Source: the human T2T-CHM13v2.0 reference genome, Homo sapiens
DNA: 64,000 nucleotides
Direction: 5' to 3' (one strand)
NCBI RefSeq assembly: GCF_009914755.1
Contig: NC_060935.1
Below are positions 25,009 through 37,199 of this stretch, in pieces. The first letter of the stretch is position 1. Each line of letters begins with the position of its first letter. Position numbers and translations under genes: made by a program. Below the pieces are notes generated by a model. That model was given only the letters and a program-made list of their open reading frames with translations, was not told the origin of the DNA and searched no databases.

Positions 25009-27189
25009 GTTCTCTAACATGCGGTGTAGGGATAATTAATACCTTCTCTTCATAGAAGAATAAAATGAAATTGTGCATGTAAAATGCTTTTTACTGAGAC
25101 TGCCCTACAGTTTGCTTCTTAATAGTAAAGGTATACAAGTGAAATGCAAAAATAATGTCAGTTTATTAAGGCATTTCGATAAATAATCTTTATAGAATAG
25201 GTTCTGAGCTCCCTAGAATGTAAGAGTTTAATAGCTCTTAGTCCAATTCACTCAGATTCAGAAAGAGGTGACTTGCCTCAAGTAAAGAATTGTTCTGCCT
25301 TACTACTGTTTGAGTAGCTCTCCGGTAAAAATGTGATAGAAGTTGTTATACTGAAGTCTAAACAAATCAGGCAATGGAAAGGCTCACTAGTTATCAGTTA
25401 TATTTCAAAGAGCTGGGTCCTCATACAGTAAACAGGAACACTTTTGCACGTGGGAGAGGGATCCCCACTTTTTTTTAGGAGAGGAGGATTTGAGGAAGGT
25501 TAGATATCTCACCCTAGGGCCTAGATGAGTGGTAAATGGCTCTTGTCACAGAAGACAGGTCTAGAGGTAGGATGATGCTGTGTCACTGAGCAAAACGTGG
25601 CTTGTCAGCCAGATATGATCATTTTTTAATGTACAGCCTGAATGCGTGCCCCTTTTCTCATCTCCAGGTTTAAAAAAATCTTTGTGCGAGCGGCCAAGCC
25701 TTTTACAACTTTGTAGAAGACTATTAAGGTGCTGTATGCAGTAGTCTAACATGTCAGTTTCATGTCCTTAGGATAGACAAACACATATTCAAATTTTTAT
25801 ATACATCTTTTTTAAAATCCAGGAAGGTATGCCTCCCACCTTATACCCTGGTATGTTGGTCCTTAGACAGAGACATGTATGTGGTTGGTCTTCCAACAAA
25901 AGATATAAGGATGACATCTTGATGCAACATGCTACTTCCACGCCACTACATCTCACAAATATCTTGCTGAGGACCACCAGTATGTAGCCCAAAACTGTAT
26001 CAGCTGCCTAAATTCCAGCTAATGATGGACTTCCTTCCCTTTTCTCCCATGTAGACAGTCAAAGCAGTGAGTTTAGTCCCCACCAGAAACAGACAGTGGG
26101 TAGTGAAGGAACAAAAGTCATTCTGCACGCCACATGCAATTCTGAAGAAACCATGGCTGAGTCATGAAGAAAATGGTAGAGGTTGCCAGAGGAGGAAGCA
26201 GGAGGCACAGGGCTTTGTGTGCATCTTAGAGGCAGCGCCTCAGTCTGTGGTTCTCTGCTGGCTGCATTCCAGAGGGCCAGACTTCAGACATGTAGGCAGT
26301 GGAGACAGAAAAGGAATTCTCTGGAGGCCAGAAAAACCAACCGGCTACCTGAGAACTTAGCCACCACTGACATGGACAGCATTCTCACCATAACAACTAG
26401 TTAAAGGTAGTAAACCCTCTCTTATTTAACTGGCAAGTGATTAAGACTGTTCAGTTTTGCTTTCCACAGAATATAAAATGAAACAAGTTTCCAGAAAAGA
26501 GAAGTAACCCCAAGTCACTCCCTGAGTGAAGCAAGAATTAGATGAGACATCCTATGTTTAAATGGAGCCTAACAATAAGTTGCCACATGAGTCCTTTCAC
26601 TTTCATTATTCCCACACATCTAAATCCCTTTCTTCCCTTCTTATGTGAAAACTCTTGATAAGCAAGTTTCTTTCCGGGGGGGAGGGAAGATAATATAATT
26701 ATTATTGCCGTGATATCCCAATGTTTACATCAATGGGCTCAAACTAGCCATGCCAACCCTTCTGGGGGCTGTGTGAATTCATGTACTCAAACAGTAGACA
26801 TGCTCGCTCAGAAGTCACACCTGCTACCTGTGTGATGCTACCTGATCCTGGTACCCACAGGTAAGTGGACAACCACATGAGTAAAATGATGAGCAACAGT
26901 TCTACTTCCTTTGGAAATGTCTCTTCAGAAAGTTCTTGTCTTCTTCCTCCTTCCTCACAAAAGTTTCTCTTCCTTGACATTTTTCTTTAGCAGACCTTAT
27001 GTTATAATAGAACCACAGCTCCTCAGCCTTTGCTGAGTGTAGCCACATCTAAAACTCTGAGACCAGTTATGTAACCAAAGCTTTAGCTCTCAGGTAGACT
27101 GCTTTATGCCAGTGGACTTTCATATTTGTTGTCAGTAGTTTCCAAGTCACTTTCAGCCACCTTCAGGAATTTATTCCTGGTATCTGTCT

Positions 27190-27219
27190 CACACACACAC
27201 ACACACGTACACACACACA
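27190..27219. repeat. (CA)n microsatellite
   Basis: interrupted CA array. Confidence 0.95.
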
Positions 27220-28646
27220 GGTGCAGGCCCACACACTCAAATAGTTACACCGTGGGTGCTACTGGTTGATTGACTCACACTTTATAATTTTCTTAGAACA
27301 GGGGCCTGTACATCATCCTCAGCTCTCTTCCTGAAGAAGAGCCAGTCCCTCCTGCCTCTTGGCCTGAGTGAGCCCACCTGCATTTCCAAGAGTTACCACA
27401 TCATTTGCCCTGGAAAATTCTGCTGACTTCGAACAGATATTCAGAGTGTTTAGGGGAAAAATAAGACACCTTAACAGCATTGCCAAATAACTTGTGGGGA
27501 GGGAGCCTCAGAAATCACCACAGGCCTGAGTGGGAAGTCTATGAATCTTTGCAAAGTAAAATCCTTTTAGCACAGGATTCCTCCAGGCAATGGAAAGTGC
27601 CCTTGAGTATATAAAGATGGATGCTGGTCTGCTGTCCACACCTCAGGCTGTGGGAGAACGTGTGTATTTTTTAAAATGATGTTTATCAGGTCTAGGTTGT
27701 TTTTCCAGCTCAAAACTGAGACATGAAAATGGAATTTTTAGCCAGTAACTCATACATTTAGATTCCTGGTTTTTAGGTTTTGGAAAAAATGCACCTAGTT
27801 GTTTTCTTATTACAATACTGCTGGTTTTGTTCACCGGTCCGTGTTTTTCTTGGACTGTGGTAGAGTGGAATGTTTTAAATTATGGCCTTTTGCTTTTTAC
27901 CCTCCGATGTCTACTAAATAAGTCCATCGTCTAATTCTAAAATTGTGAAGCAGCAAACATGCACTTGTAGCCAACAAAGCTACATTTTTATTCCAGAAAG
28001 GGTACTTCTGTTCTAAATTTACAGCAAAATAGCTCTGGAGACAAAGGCAGGATTTTGGCCAAACCAGACATGCTCTTTTATATGGCATGTCGCTTCCAAT
28101 GCCCTTGCTAAGTACTCTACCTTGCTGAAGGCTTCTTTTCACTATTAAAATCTATAGTAAGTGTTTTGAAGTCTCAGCTGATGTCAAAAAAAAGAATGAA
28201 AGAAAATGTGCTATGTTTTGATTTAGCCGTTAAAACAAAGCTCAATTACAACAAAAAATAAACCCACTACTCTGTGGGATGAAGAAACTTGATATTTGGA
28301 ATCAAAGACTAAGTCATATTTTAGGCTTTCCTTACCAACAAAGTTACCAATCCAAAGCAGTTGTAAATTAAATTTAAGTGAAATGGATTAAACCCCTCTT
28401 GGTGGAGCTACTGCAATTTGGCTAGACTCCTTGTCCCTCTCTTTTCTGCTATAATCTTTTTTTTATGCCAGGGGCTGGGTCTGGATGCTGGATGACCTTT
28501 AATGCCTCTTCCCGATCTGAGATTCCAGAACTTTATAGTACTGAAACTACAAGGTACTCTGAATCAGTAATTCTAAGAATCTCTGATTCTCTGCCTAGGT
28601 GTATCTCAGACATCATCACAGGCCATAAGGTGGTCTCCTAGTCTTT

Positions 28647-29559
28647 TATTATTATTATTATTTATTATACTTTAAGTTCTAGGATACATGTGCAGAACAT
28701 GCAGATTTGTTACATACATGTGCCGTGGTGGTTTGCTGCACCCATCAACACGTCATCTACATTAGGTATTTCTCCTAATGCTATCACTCCCCCTGTCCCC
28801 CACCCCCCAACAGGCCCCAGTGTGTGATGTTCTCCTCCCTGTGTCCATGTGTTCTCATTGTTCAACTCCCACTTATGAGTGAGAACATGCAGTGTTTGGT
28901 TTTCTGTTCTTGTGTTAGTTTGCTGAGAATGATGGTTTCCAGCTTTATCCATGTTCCTGCAAAGGACATGAACTCATCCTTTTTAATGGCTGCATAGTAT
29001 TCCATGGTGTATATGTGCCACATTTTCTTTATCCAGTCTATTATTGATGGGCATTTGGGTTGGTTCCAAGTCTTTGCTATTGTGAACAGTGCTGCAATAA
29101 ACATACGTGTGCATGTGCCTTTATAGTAGAATGATTTATAATCTTTGGGAATTTACCCAATAATGAGATTGCTGGGTCAAATGGTATTTCTAGTTCTAGA
29201 TCCTTGAGGAATCGCCACACTGTCTTCCACAATGGTTAAGCTAATTTATACTCTAACCAAAAGTGTAAAAATGTTTCTATTTCTCCACATCCACTCCAGC
29301 ATCTGTTGTTTCCTGACTTTTTAATGATCACCACTCAAGTTGGATTAAAGACTTAAACATAAGACCTAAAACCTTAAAAACGCTAGAAGAAAACCTAGAC
29401 AATACCATTCAGGACATAGGCATCGGCAAAGACTTCACGACTAGAACACCAAAAGCAATGGCAACAAAAGCTAAAATTGACAAATGGGATCTAATTAAAC
29501 TAAAGAGCTTCTGCACGGTGAAAGAAACTATCATCAGACTGAACAGGCAACCTACAGAA
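28647..29559 (-). mobile_element. 5'-truncated, 5'-inverted L1PA (PA5-PA8-like)
   Basis: L1 3' UTR and ORF2 end on minus (28647-29333); ORF2 segment on plus (29333-29559); perfect TSD tggtctcctagtcttt at 28631-28646 and 29560-29575. Confidence 0.97.
28862..29104 (-). pseudogene. L1 ORF2p C-terminal fragment (non-functional)
   Basis: MFIAALFTIAKTWNQPKCPS...KKMWHIYTMEYYAAIKKDEFMSFAGTW is the L1 ORF2p C-terminus. Confidence 0.95.
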
Positions 29560-30699
29560 TGGTCTCCTAGTCTTTAAAAGGAGGCATGGGTGATTGTGAA
29601 GTAGAAAACCAGAGTAATTGCCACCTTGTCTTCTAAGTAGGCATCCAATTATTGATCCTGATCCTGCCAACAGCTGGAAAATCAAAAGTAAAACAAGAGT
29701 CACTTGTTAGAACTTTTGACTCTAAGTTCTTGTAAGTAGACAACAATAAAGCCATGAAGATGCTGCGTAATTGTTTAGATTCTAAGAAGAGTTTCAGAGT
29801 TAGTATTTCATTCAACACTTGAAAGAAAAAAATTCAAATGCAGACTAAAAAGATTCTGGCAAGCTTTCCTTCTCTTAACATTCTTTTTTCCTTTTTTTTT
29901 TTTTTGAGTTTGAATTAGTCAGCTTAACTACTATTTGAAAGTTGTGAGTTGGGAAGAAGATTATGGCATTGCTGTTCCCATGTTGACACTGGTGTGTCTT
30001 GGAGGAAGAGAAGAGATGACTTTATTCACTGTCCACCACCTCCCTGCACCCAGATTAGCTTCAGTTAATCAAAGGCAAGACTCTTACTGGTATGCAAGTC
30101 AATGGGGCGAGAACACATTTTCCTGTGTCATTAGAATGCCATATGAAACCAATTCCACTTACAAGGACTCCTTTCTTCAATCCTTGCTCTAAATCACTCT
30201 TCCCTTTTTATATCTACTATTTACAGATTAGTACTAGAATTTTGGATCTGGATGGAAAGTTCTACTACAGGAAGAGAGGGGGGAAAAACTGTTATGTTAG
30301 CAAAACATATTCTGCAGAAATCTAATTGGTCTACCCTGATGTCCTCATCAAATACTTGTTTTCTGTCACCTCTTTAGTGCCTGCTAGTTTTTGACCTTGG
30401 TGTTTACTCAAATACTAACTCTGGTATTCACCTTCCAGGCCCTTAAATTTGTCCACTGGACACAGCTTCTCCTGTTGTCTTCCCAGCCCCTCCTGATGGC
30501 CACAATGTTTGCCTGCTGTAACCTTAGGACCCACACTCCCTCTTATAATAGGCTTAACCCTAGTTAGGGTAAGACATCATGGAATTCTCAGTCTTTGGAT
30601 GCTAAGAGGGAGGGGAGCAATTTTTGCTTAAGCAAAGATGCTGTCAAACACTAAATGATCTCTAGCCTATCAGCAGTATTTAGCAGTGGTTTAGATCTG

Positions 30700-31500
30700 C
30701 TTTTAATACAGCTAGTATGAGCTTACTCAATACAGATAACAAAGCATTACCTCCTTAGATCTGAGCAATATACTTCTATAAATATAACCTTTCAGCTTTT
30801 TTAGCAATCACAACACTATTGATTTCCTCTGACTTTTTTACTTATCAAAAATGCATAGGACCCCATCCCCCAACACACACATGCACATACACAAACAAGC
30901 TTTTTACAATCTTAAAATTAGACAATTGGTTTTTCAAAGCTAAATAAAAGATTTTACATTCATTTGTTACATTGAATCTTGTATATTGCATCAATTATTC
31001 TAGCTCTCCAATATTATTTTGACCCCGATCCTACCATCTAAATTTCAGCAATTACTCTGAGCTTTGTGTCATCTGTGAACATGATGCTCATGAACTGAAC
31101 AAGCCTAAGATGTCTCATGAGACTCACCACTGAAGGGACCAGCTTCCAAGCTAATACAAGTGACTCCTAACATGCTAGAAAGAGCACTGGAGAGAAGATG
31201 CAAATTGGCTTATACAAGTCTCCCTTTTCTCATGTGGTGATTTTTCCTGTCTTCTTCTCAGGATTGTTTGAGGATTAAATAATTTTAAGATAGGGCTTAG
31301 AAAAAAATGTGTGTCACATAAAGAGTGTGCTTTAATATTAGTTTCATTTACTACTTGGGTAAAACTTTTCAAATAGCCAGGAACCAGTGTAACTATACTA
31401 TGATCTATCCCACCCTTGACTAAAGGCCTTGCAGAAAGCCATCTCTGTCTTGTCCATGGTAATATTGCTCGAAGTCTGCCAAAATACCAGATAACAAGGT
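30700..31500 (-). mobile_element. L3/CR1 relic (interrupted by MIR at ~31180-31370)
   Basis: attacctcc...tatacttctat...agcttttttagcaatcacaacactattga; agctttgtgtcatctgtgaac (reverse of the RT F/YADD region); tctctgtcttgtccatgg. Confidence 0.65.
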
Positions 31501-31609
31501 TGCCCTTCAAAGATGCACTTGAAACAATCAAGTGAAACATCACTTTATTGTCTTTCTCTTTTTCACAATGGCCTTGTAGCAACTGTCACAATGATATGAA
31601 TTCAGAAAT

Positions 31610-31860
31610 GTAATTATTTATAATAATAATGGAATCCCATATTTATGCAGACTTTTAGGGTTTTTAGGATACTTTCACATGTATAATCAAGTCGTCTGTT
31701 ACTCATAGCAACTCTATGCACTTAGGATTCCCAACCCTATATTACAGATTAGCAACCTGATATCTGAAGAGTTTCAATGGCTTGCTCATAGTCATAAAAG
31801 CAGTAATTGAGCTGGTACAAAACCCTGCTCTTGTCATGGTTAGTTTGGCACTCTTTACTC
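31610..31860 (-). mobile_element. MIR SINE (degenerate)
   Basis: taataataatggaatcccatatttatg...atactttcacatgtat...ctcatagcaactctatg...attacagat. Confidence 0.65.
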
Positions 31861-33415
31861 CACCCAAGTTTATTTTGGTTGTCAGAATGACTAAAAGTCC
31901 CAAGGGTTACCTCTGAGTAGAACCCTATAAGAGGACTTGGCTTAATACCAATAACACCCATTTCTTTATGAATTGCACAGATTCACTTATCAGATTAGCC
32001 CAAACAAAGAGCAAAATTCTAAGGAATGGGTGAGTTTTCATGAAGAGAGAGCAAGGAGGACAAGTCAAAGGCAAAAGAAGTCGGTCTAGGCTGGGGTATA
32101 GCAGCAAGAAACCCAGAAGGTGAAGGTTGGCAAAGTGCTAAGTAAGGGCCAAGAACCACTGGAGACGATCTTTGTCAACTTCACACCTGCTTCCCAAAGC
32201 CAGCTATATGTATAACTTTTTGATGTACATGCTTCTGCCCAAAATTTTAAATAGCGCCTTTCAGCTCTCCAGCACTCTCCTTGAGCTTTGGCACACTCCT
32301 CCAAGGGTCTGTATTGCTCACCCGCATGCATTTGCAAAGTAACTGCTCATGGACTGTGCCAAGGAAAATATATCCACAATGTGGCCATGGTCAGAGGCTA
32401 GAAGACTTGATTTAATACAGCAGTGCTCAGCTTTTCATGTTTTCCTCTACGGACCTCAGAAAGTCCTACAATGGCAACAGCAGATAATCAGAGGTTCTGA
32501 TCTGCATGAGATAACCAGGATCACCAGGCACAAAGAAATTCCATCCCAAAGTACAGAATCTTGAAATATTTGTAGGCTGCTTGGTCTTATTTTCGGCAAG
32601 TGTGCATTTTCTATTAGGCTTATTTATTTATCTGAATATTTGTTTGTATGCGTTCGTGCCCCATTTCTTTCCACTACGTGTTTGAAGTGATCATACAGCA
32701 TAAATGCAAACACTGAAACAAAAATAAGTGAAATGAAAAAGTTGGGGCATAGAAGTATAATGGAAAATCAAGACCAATATAAGAAAGTCCCTAAATATGT
32801 CCACCTTTAGGATCAGCATACGTGCCATGAAAGGACATCTTATTTCACTAAGACTGTCCTGTAACATGGGAAAAAAAAATGGAAGTAAAATCAGTTCTTT
32901 GGTTTTCATTACTGAAAAGGGGGACTTATGTTGGACTTTTTGCAACACTGAAAGTAAGACTTCTGTTTAACCTAAGATTTTCAGACCTCAGAGCTTCTAC
33001 ACAATAAAGCCAAAGATTCATTCTTCTCTGGGCACCTGCTTCCCAACCCTAACAAGTCCTTAATGAGTCCACCAGTAGTAACGGCAAAGAAAACAGACCT
33101 CTGGACCACACAGCTCTCTTGTTTTCTCCCCAGAACTGGAATTTGTAGGGAGAAAGCAGGACACCACCCCTCCTCCACAGCCACAGGCAAACCTTATAAA
33201 AAGGGTGTGAAACCCAAGAAATCATTCCATCGCTATGGTATACACACATAGGGGCTCACATGTGCTAGCAACTGTGCCAGAATATTTACGTCTACAAATA
33301 ACCAACTTGCCAAAAGTTTAAAAAAACCAACGATAGAATTAATATTCAACTCTAGGTTTTGCGAAAGTGGCAAATTTCAATAAAAGTGCTGAAGTGAGCT
33401 GAAATATACAATAAA

Positions 33416-33659
33416 CAAGGGGCTGGCAAATGTTTTCTATAAAGTCTTGCAGATAGTTAATATTACAGATAGTAAATATTTTAGGCTTTGGAGATCATGT
33501 ATTTCCATCATGATTATAAAATTCTGTCATTGTAGTATTGTAGTTTGAAAGCACTCATATGCAAATGAATGAATGTGGCTGCACCCTTTATTTACAACAA
33601 CAACAACAAAAAGGACAAGGGCTGGATTTGGCCCACAGACTACAGTTTGCTTACCCCAG
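33416..33659 (+). mobile_element. MER58A hAT-Charlie MITE
   Basis: ggggctggcaaatgttttctataaag...cagatagtaaatattttaggcttt...ggatttggcccacagactacagtttgcttacccc. Confidence 0.9.
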
Positions 33660-34179
33660 ATAAAAATAAAAACAGAAATGACAAGCTCTAGTTTTGAACA
33701 ATGACCATAAAGTCCAGCTTTAAGAGCTGGCATGAATTAAAGATGCTATCTCTGAGACTCCTAAAGTTCCCAGAACTCCCAACTAGAGTGTGCATCTCCA
33801 CCTTTGCTTCTCTTCAAGCCTCTTCCAGAAGGTGCTGGCCCTGATAGTTTCTATGCTGCAAATGAATGGAGGATGATGAAACATGAATTCCAGTCAACAC
33901 ACTGATGACATATGCGGCTTGATACACAGTAGGTGATTATCTATGAACCTCTCACAGTCTTTTTTTAAAGTGCTGATGGCATGCAGGGGAGGGAGGATGT
34001 GATTATCTTCACCAGGCCATCAGCCCAGCAGGAAATCCTAGGCAAGTCACTTAATCTGCCCCAGCTCCATTTGTTTTCATTAATAAAATGGCAGCATACT
34101 ACTACCTCGTGGAATTATGAGAATCAAACTGGAGGAAACATGGGAAGGGCCTAAAAGCAGTGTGAATGAACCAAAATAA

Positions 34180-34395
34180 CAGGCTGAGAACTGGTGGCCC
34201 AGGGGACACAGGTAGCCTGCACATATTCTGTTTTGTTGTTGGTTTGGGCTGAGCAACAGCAGCTCTCTATCATGGAGTGCATCCTCTCCAGTTCATCCCG
34301 ACGCCCACCACTTCCTATCGTGCTACCTTGAGTGCACTTCTCTAGTCAATGTTACTTGCCTGAACTGTGTAGATATTTGAGATTTGGACTCCTGG
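34180..34395 (+). mobile_element. MER102-like hAT-Charlie element
   Basis: tcctctccagttca...cccaccacttcctat...atgttacttgcctg...tatttgagatttggactcctg. Confidence 0.6.
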
Positions 34396-34662
34396 ACTAA
34401 ATTCTCCTTTGATGCTTCTGACATTTTATAAGACAGTATGAGGCTTTGATGCGTTCCCTTCACTGTACTCTGTGCTGTGGAGCCTCACAATGATTTCCGT
34501 ATGAGAAACTTGAGTCTGAGTAACCTTTGATTGTAGATCAAAAATCAAATGAACCAGGATCTAAGCTAGGCCATTTCTACTCTGTAGGTTTCAGGAATTT
34601 CACTTTACTTTCCTGAGTCTCAGTTTTCTTATATATCAAATGGGGATAGAAATATAGGAGGT

Positions 34663-35025
34663 TATTATGGACTGAATGTCTGTGTCCCCCAGAAAATTGA
34701 GGTGTTGAAATTATAACTCCCAATGTGATGGTGTTAGGAAGGGGTGCCTTTGAGAGGTGATTAGGTTAATAGTGTGAAGCTCTCTTGAGTGGTGTTAGTG
34801 CCCTTATGAAAGAGACCTTAGACCCCTCATTCTTTCTGCCACATGAGAACACAGCAAGAGGATGACCACCTATGAGCCAGAAGTGTGCCCTCACCAGACA
34901 CTGAATCTGCTGAAGCCTTGATCTTGGACTTCCCAGACTCCAGGACTGTGAAAAACAAATATTTGTTGTTTAAGTCACCCCGTCTATGGTATTTTTTAAA
35001 ATAGTCACCTGAAAGGACTAAGACA
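34663..35025 (+). mobile_element. MLT1A0-like solo LTR
   Basis: ttatggactgaatgtctgtgtcccc...ccctcaccagacactgaatctgctg...gactaagaca; TSD gaggt/caggt. Confidence 0.92.
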
Positions 35026-35051
35026 CAGGTTAGATGAGAGGACATACCTAC

Positions 35052-35409
35052 TATCTTAGTTCATTCAGGCTGCTAAAACAAGGTATCACAGACTGGGTGT
35101 TTTAAACAAGAAACATTTATTTCTCACAGTTCTAGAGGCTGGAAGTCTGAGATCAGGGAGCCAACATGGTTGAGTTCTAGTGAGGGCCCTCTTCTGGGTT
35201 ACAGACTGTCATCTCTCATTGTATCCTTATACAGCAGAGAGAGTGAGAGAGCTCTCTGTAGTCTCTTTAATGAGGGCATGAATCCCACTCATGAGGGTTC
35301 CATCTACATGACGTAATCACCTCCCAAAGGCCCCGCCCCCTAATATCATCACCTTGGGGGTTAGGACTTCAACATATGAATTAGTGGGGGACACATTTAG
35401 TCCACTGCA
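35052..35409 (-). mobile_element. MLT1A-class solo LTR
   Basis: tcttagttcattcaggctgct...tttatttctcacagttctagaggctggaagtc...ttcaacatatgaatt...gggggacaca. Confidence 0.92.
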
Positions 35410-37199
35410 CGTATTAATAATATAGTACGCAGCATATAATCAAGGCTCAATAATTGTAAATCCTGCCTTCTATATGTCCATCTTCACTGATTTGCAAAAT
35501 ACATATGATGGCTGCCTTCCTTATGGGCAATTTTTAAGAGGTCTAGAGATGCCTTTTGTGAGTAGTGGGGAGATGACGAGCTGGACTGAAGCCACCCTGG
35601 TTGTCATAGTCCCCTGGCCATGCATTTCTCTGATTCTCTGCCTTTTCAGAAGACCTTTCTTCCCTGCCTACTTAGGTCTATAACTCCACCACCAGCCTGG
35701 GGTCTTACTATCAAACAAGGGGCTTTGGCATGAATCTACCCACCAGGCAGTAGTTGCAAAGCCCTTGAAAGTCTTCTTTCGATCAATCTAATACCTTCGG
35801 TTACAATATCTTATTGATGCTCTTCCTCTCGGTTCCTTGTTGAGCAACAAGGGAGAACATCTTATATTAACAAAGAATCCATTAATCCTAATTCTTAAAG
35901 GGAATTGTGCACACTAGACTAGAATATCAGTTAGGAAAGACAGTAGACATTGCAGAATTTCTCCAGCACCCCTTACAAGTGACAAATAGCATCTGATTTA
36001 GTGCTTCCAGTAATGAGAACTTTGCTACCTTCCAAAGCAGCATTTTTGGACAACATTGCAGAGAGAGTAGTTCATGCCCTTTATCCATATTGTTCGGATC
36101 CTTTTGACTCTTGCTTCTTGTTTAAGCAAGGTAGTCACTATCACTTTCAGCTTTAAGGTACCCACAGATTGAGCAGCATGACATCCATGACTTCATCGAT
36201 GACCTCAACAAAAATATGAGCCACAGCAGTAACTTTGTACAGGTTCTGTTGCCTGCACTAATTCTCCTCTCAGCTGCTTTGAGTACAGTCATTTGCTCAG
36301 GTATAAAACACATGTATATCCACAAGATATACTTTCTAAAGGTCTCTGAGCAGAACCATATCCAGACGTGGAATCTCCTCAATAATTAGAAAAGACTAAC
36401 AGGGACATTTAATCACCTGGTCACAGCCAATGGTCTTAGGCTGGATTTAGAGAAACTCAGGCTGTGGACAAATGGTGACAATAAATCTCAGTGCCCTGGG
36501 CTGGATCACCAGGGGTGTTGGTTTATACTCATCAGGCAAATTGCAGAGAAGGAATATTATGACCTAATAGGCTGATTTTCAAACACTGCTAGAAGCCTCA
36601 TATATCAAATAGACTAAGACAGAACTTCTCTGAATCATCTACATGGGCCCATATCTACCCATGAGGCCCCTTAAGCAACTCCACAGACACTGTGGGAGAG
36701 ACACGTTAGAGAATAACTAGCCAATCATCAGTGCTGGACAGATCTCAAGGCTGTCATTGACTTGCTGTTTGATTCTGCTCAAGTCGCTTCTGCACCTGAT
36801 TTTCTGTAGCTATAAAATGAAGTTAATGGAAATAAGTTTTGTTTCAGTTCAGTAATACTATAGCTCCTTATATTACATTTTTAAATCTACGAACTCTATT
36901 ATTATGCCTGGGCCATCAGAGAAAGTGATCTCTCTAACCATGGTACCAATGGAAATATTTGGTGGAGAGAGGGGAGATGTTTCTAAATGATGTAGCAGTC
37001 TTGACAGCCCAAAGTATAATTCTTTGTACAACTCATAACTTGAAGCAATTGTTTCCACTTTATAATTTGTGCATAACAAGAAATCTGTTTGGAGAAAATT
37101 AAACATTTTTCCTGTTAAGATAGTTCCTAGTAAATGAAATGTTTTGTTCTGAAAATTATTTTAACAGAATCATTGCTTTGCAATGAGACATCTGATTTT

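Noticed and set aside
26858-26866. Perfect splice donor CAG|GTAAGT (similar sites near 9859, 11514 and 63498)
   Set aside because: About one such 9-mer is expected by chance in a window this size, and I found no convincing paired acceptor or reading frame.
25668-36300. Joining the two exon-like segments into one protein (phases are compatible)
   Set aside because: They are in the wrong genomic order for linear splicing, phase agreement has a 1-in-3 chance, and there is no support for back-splicing.
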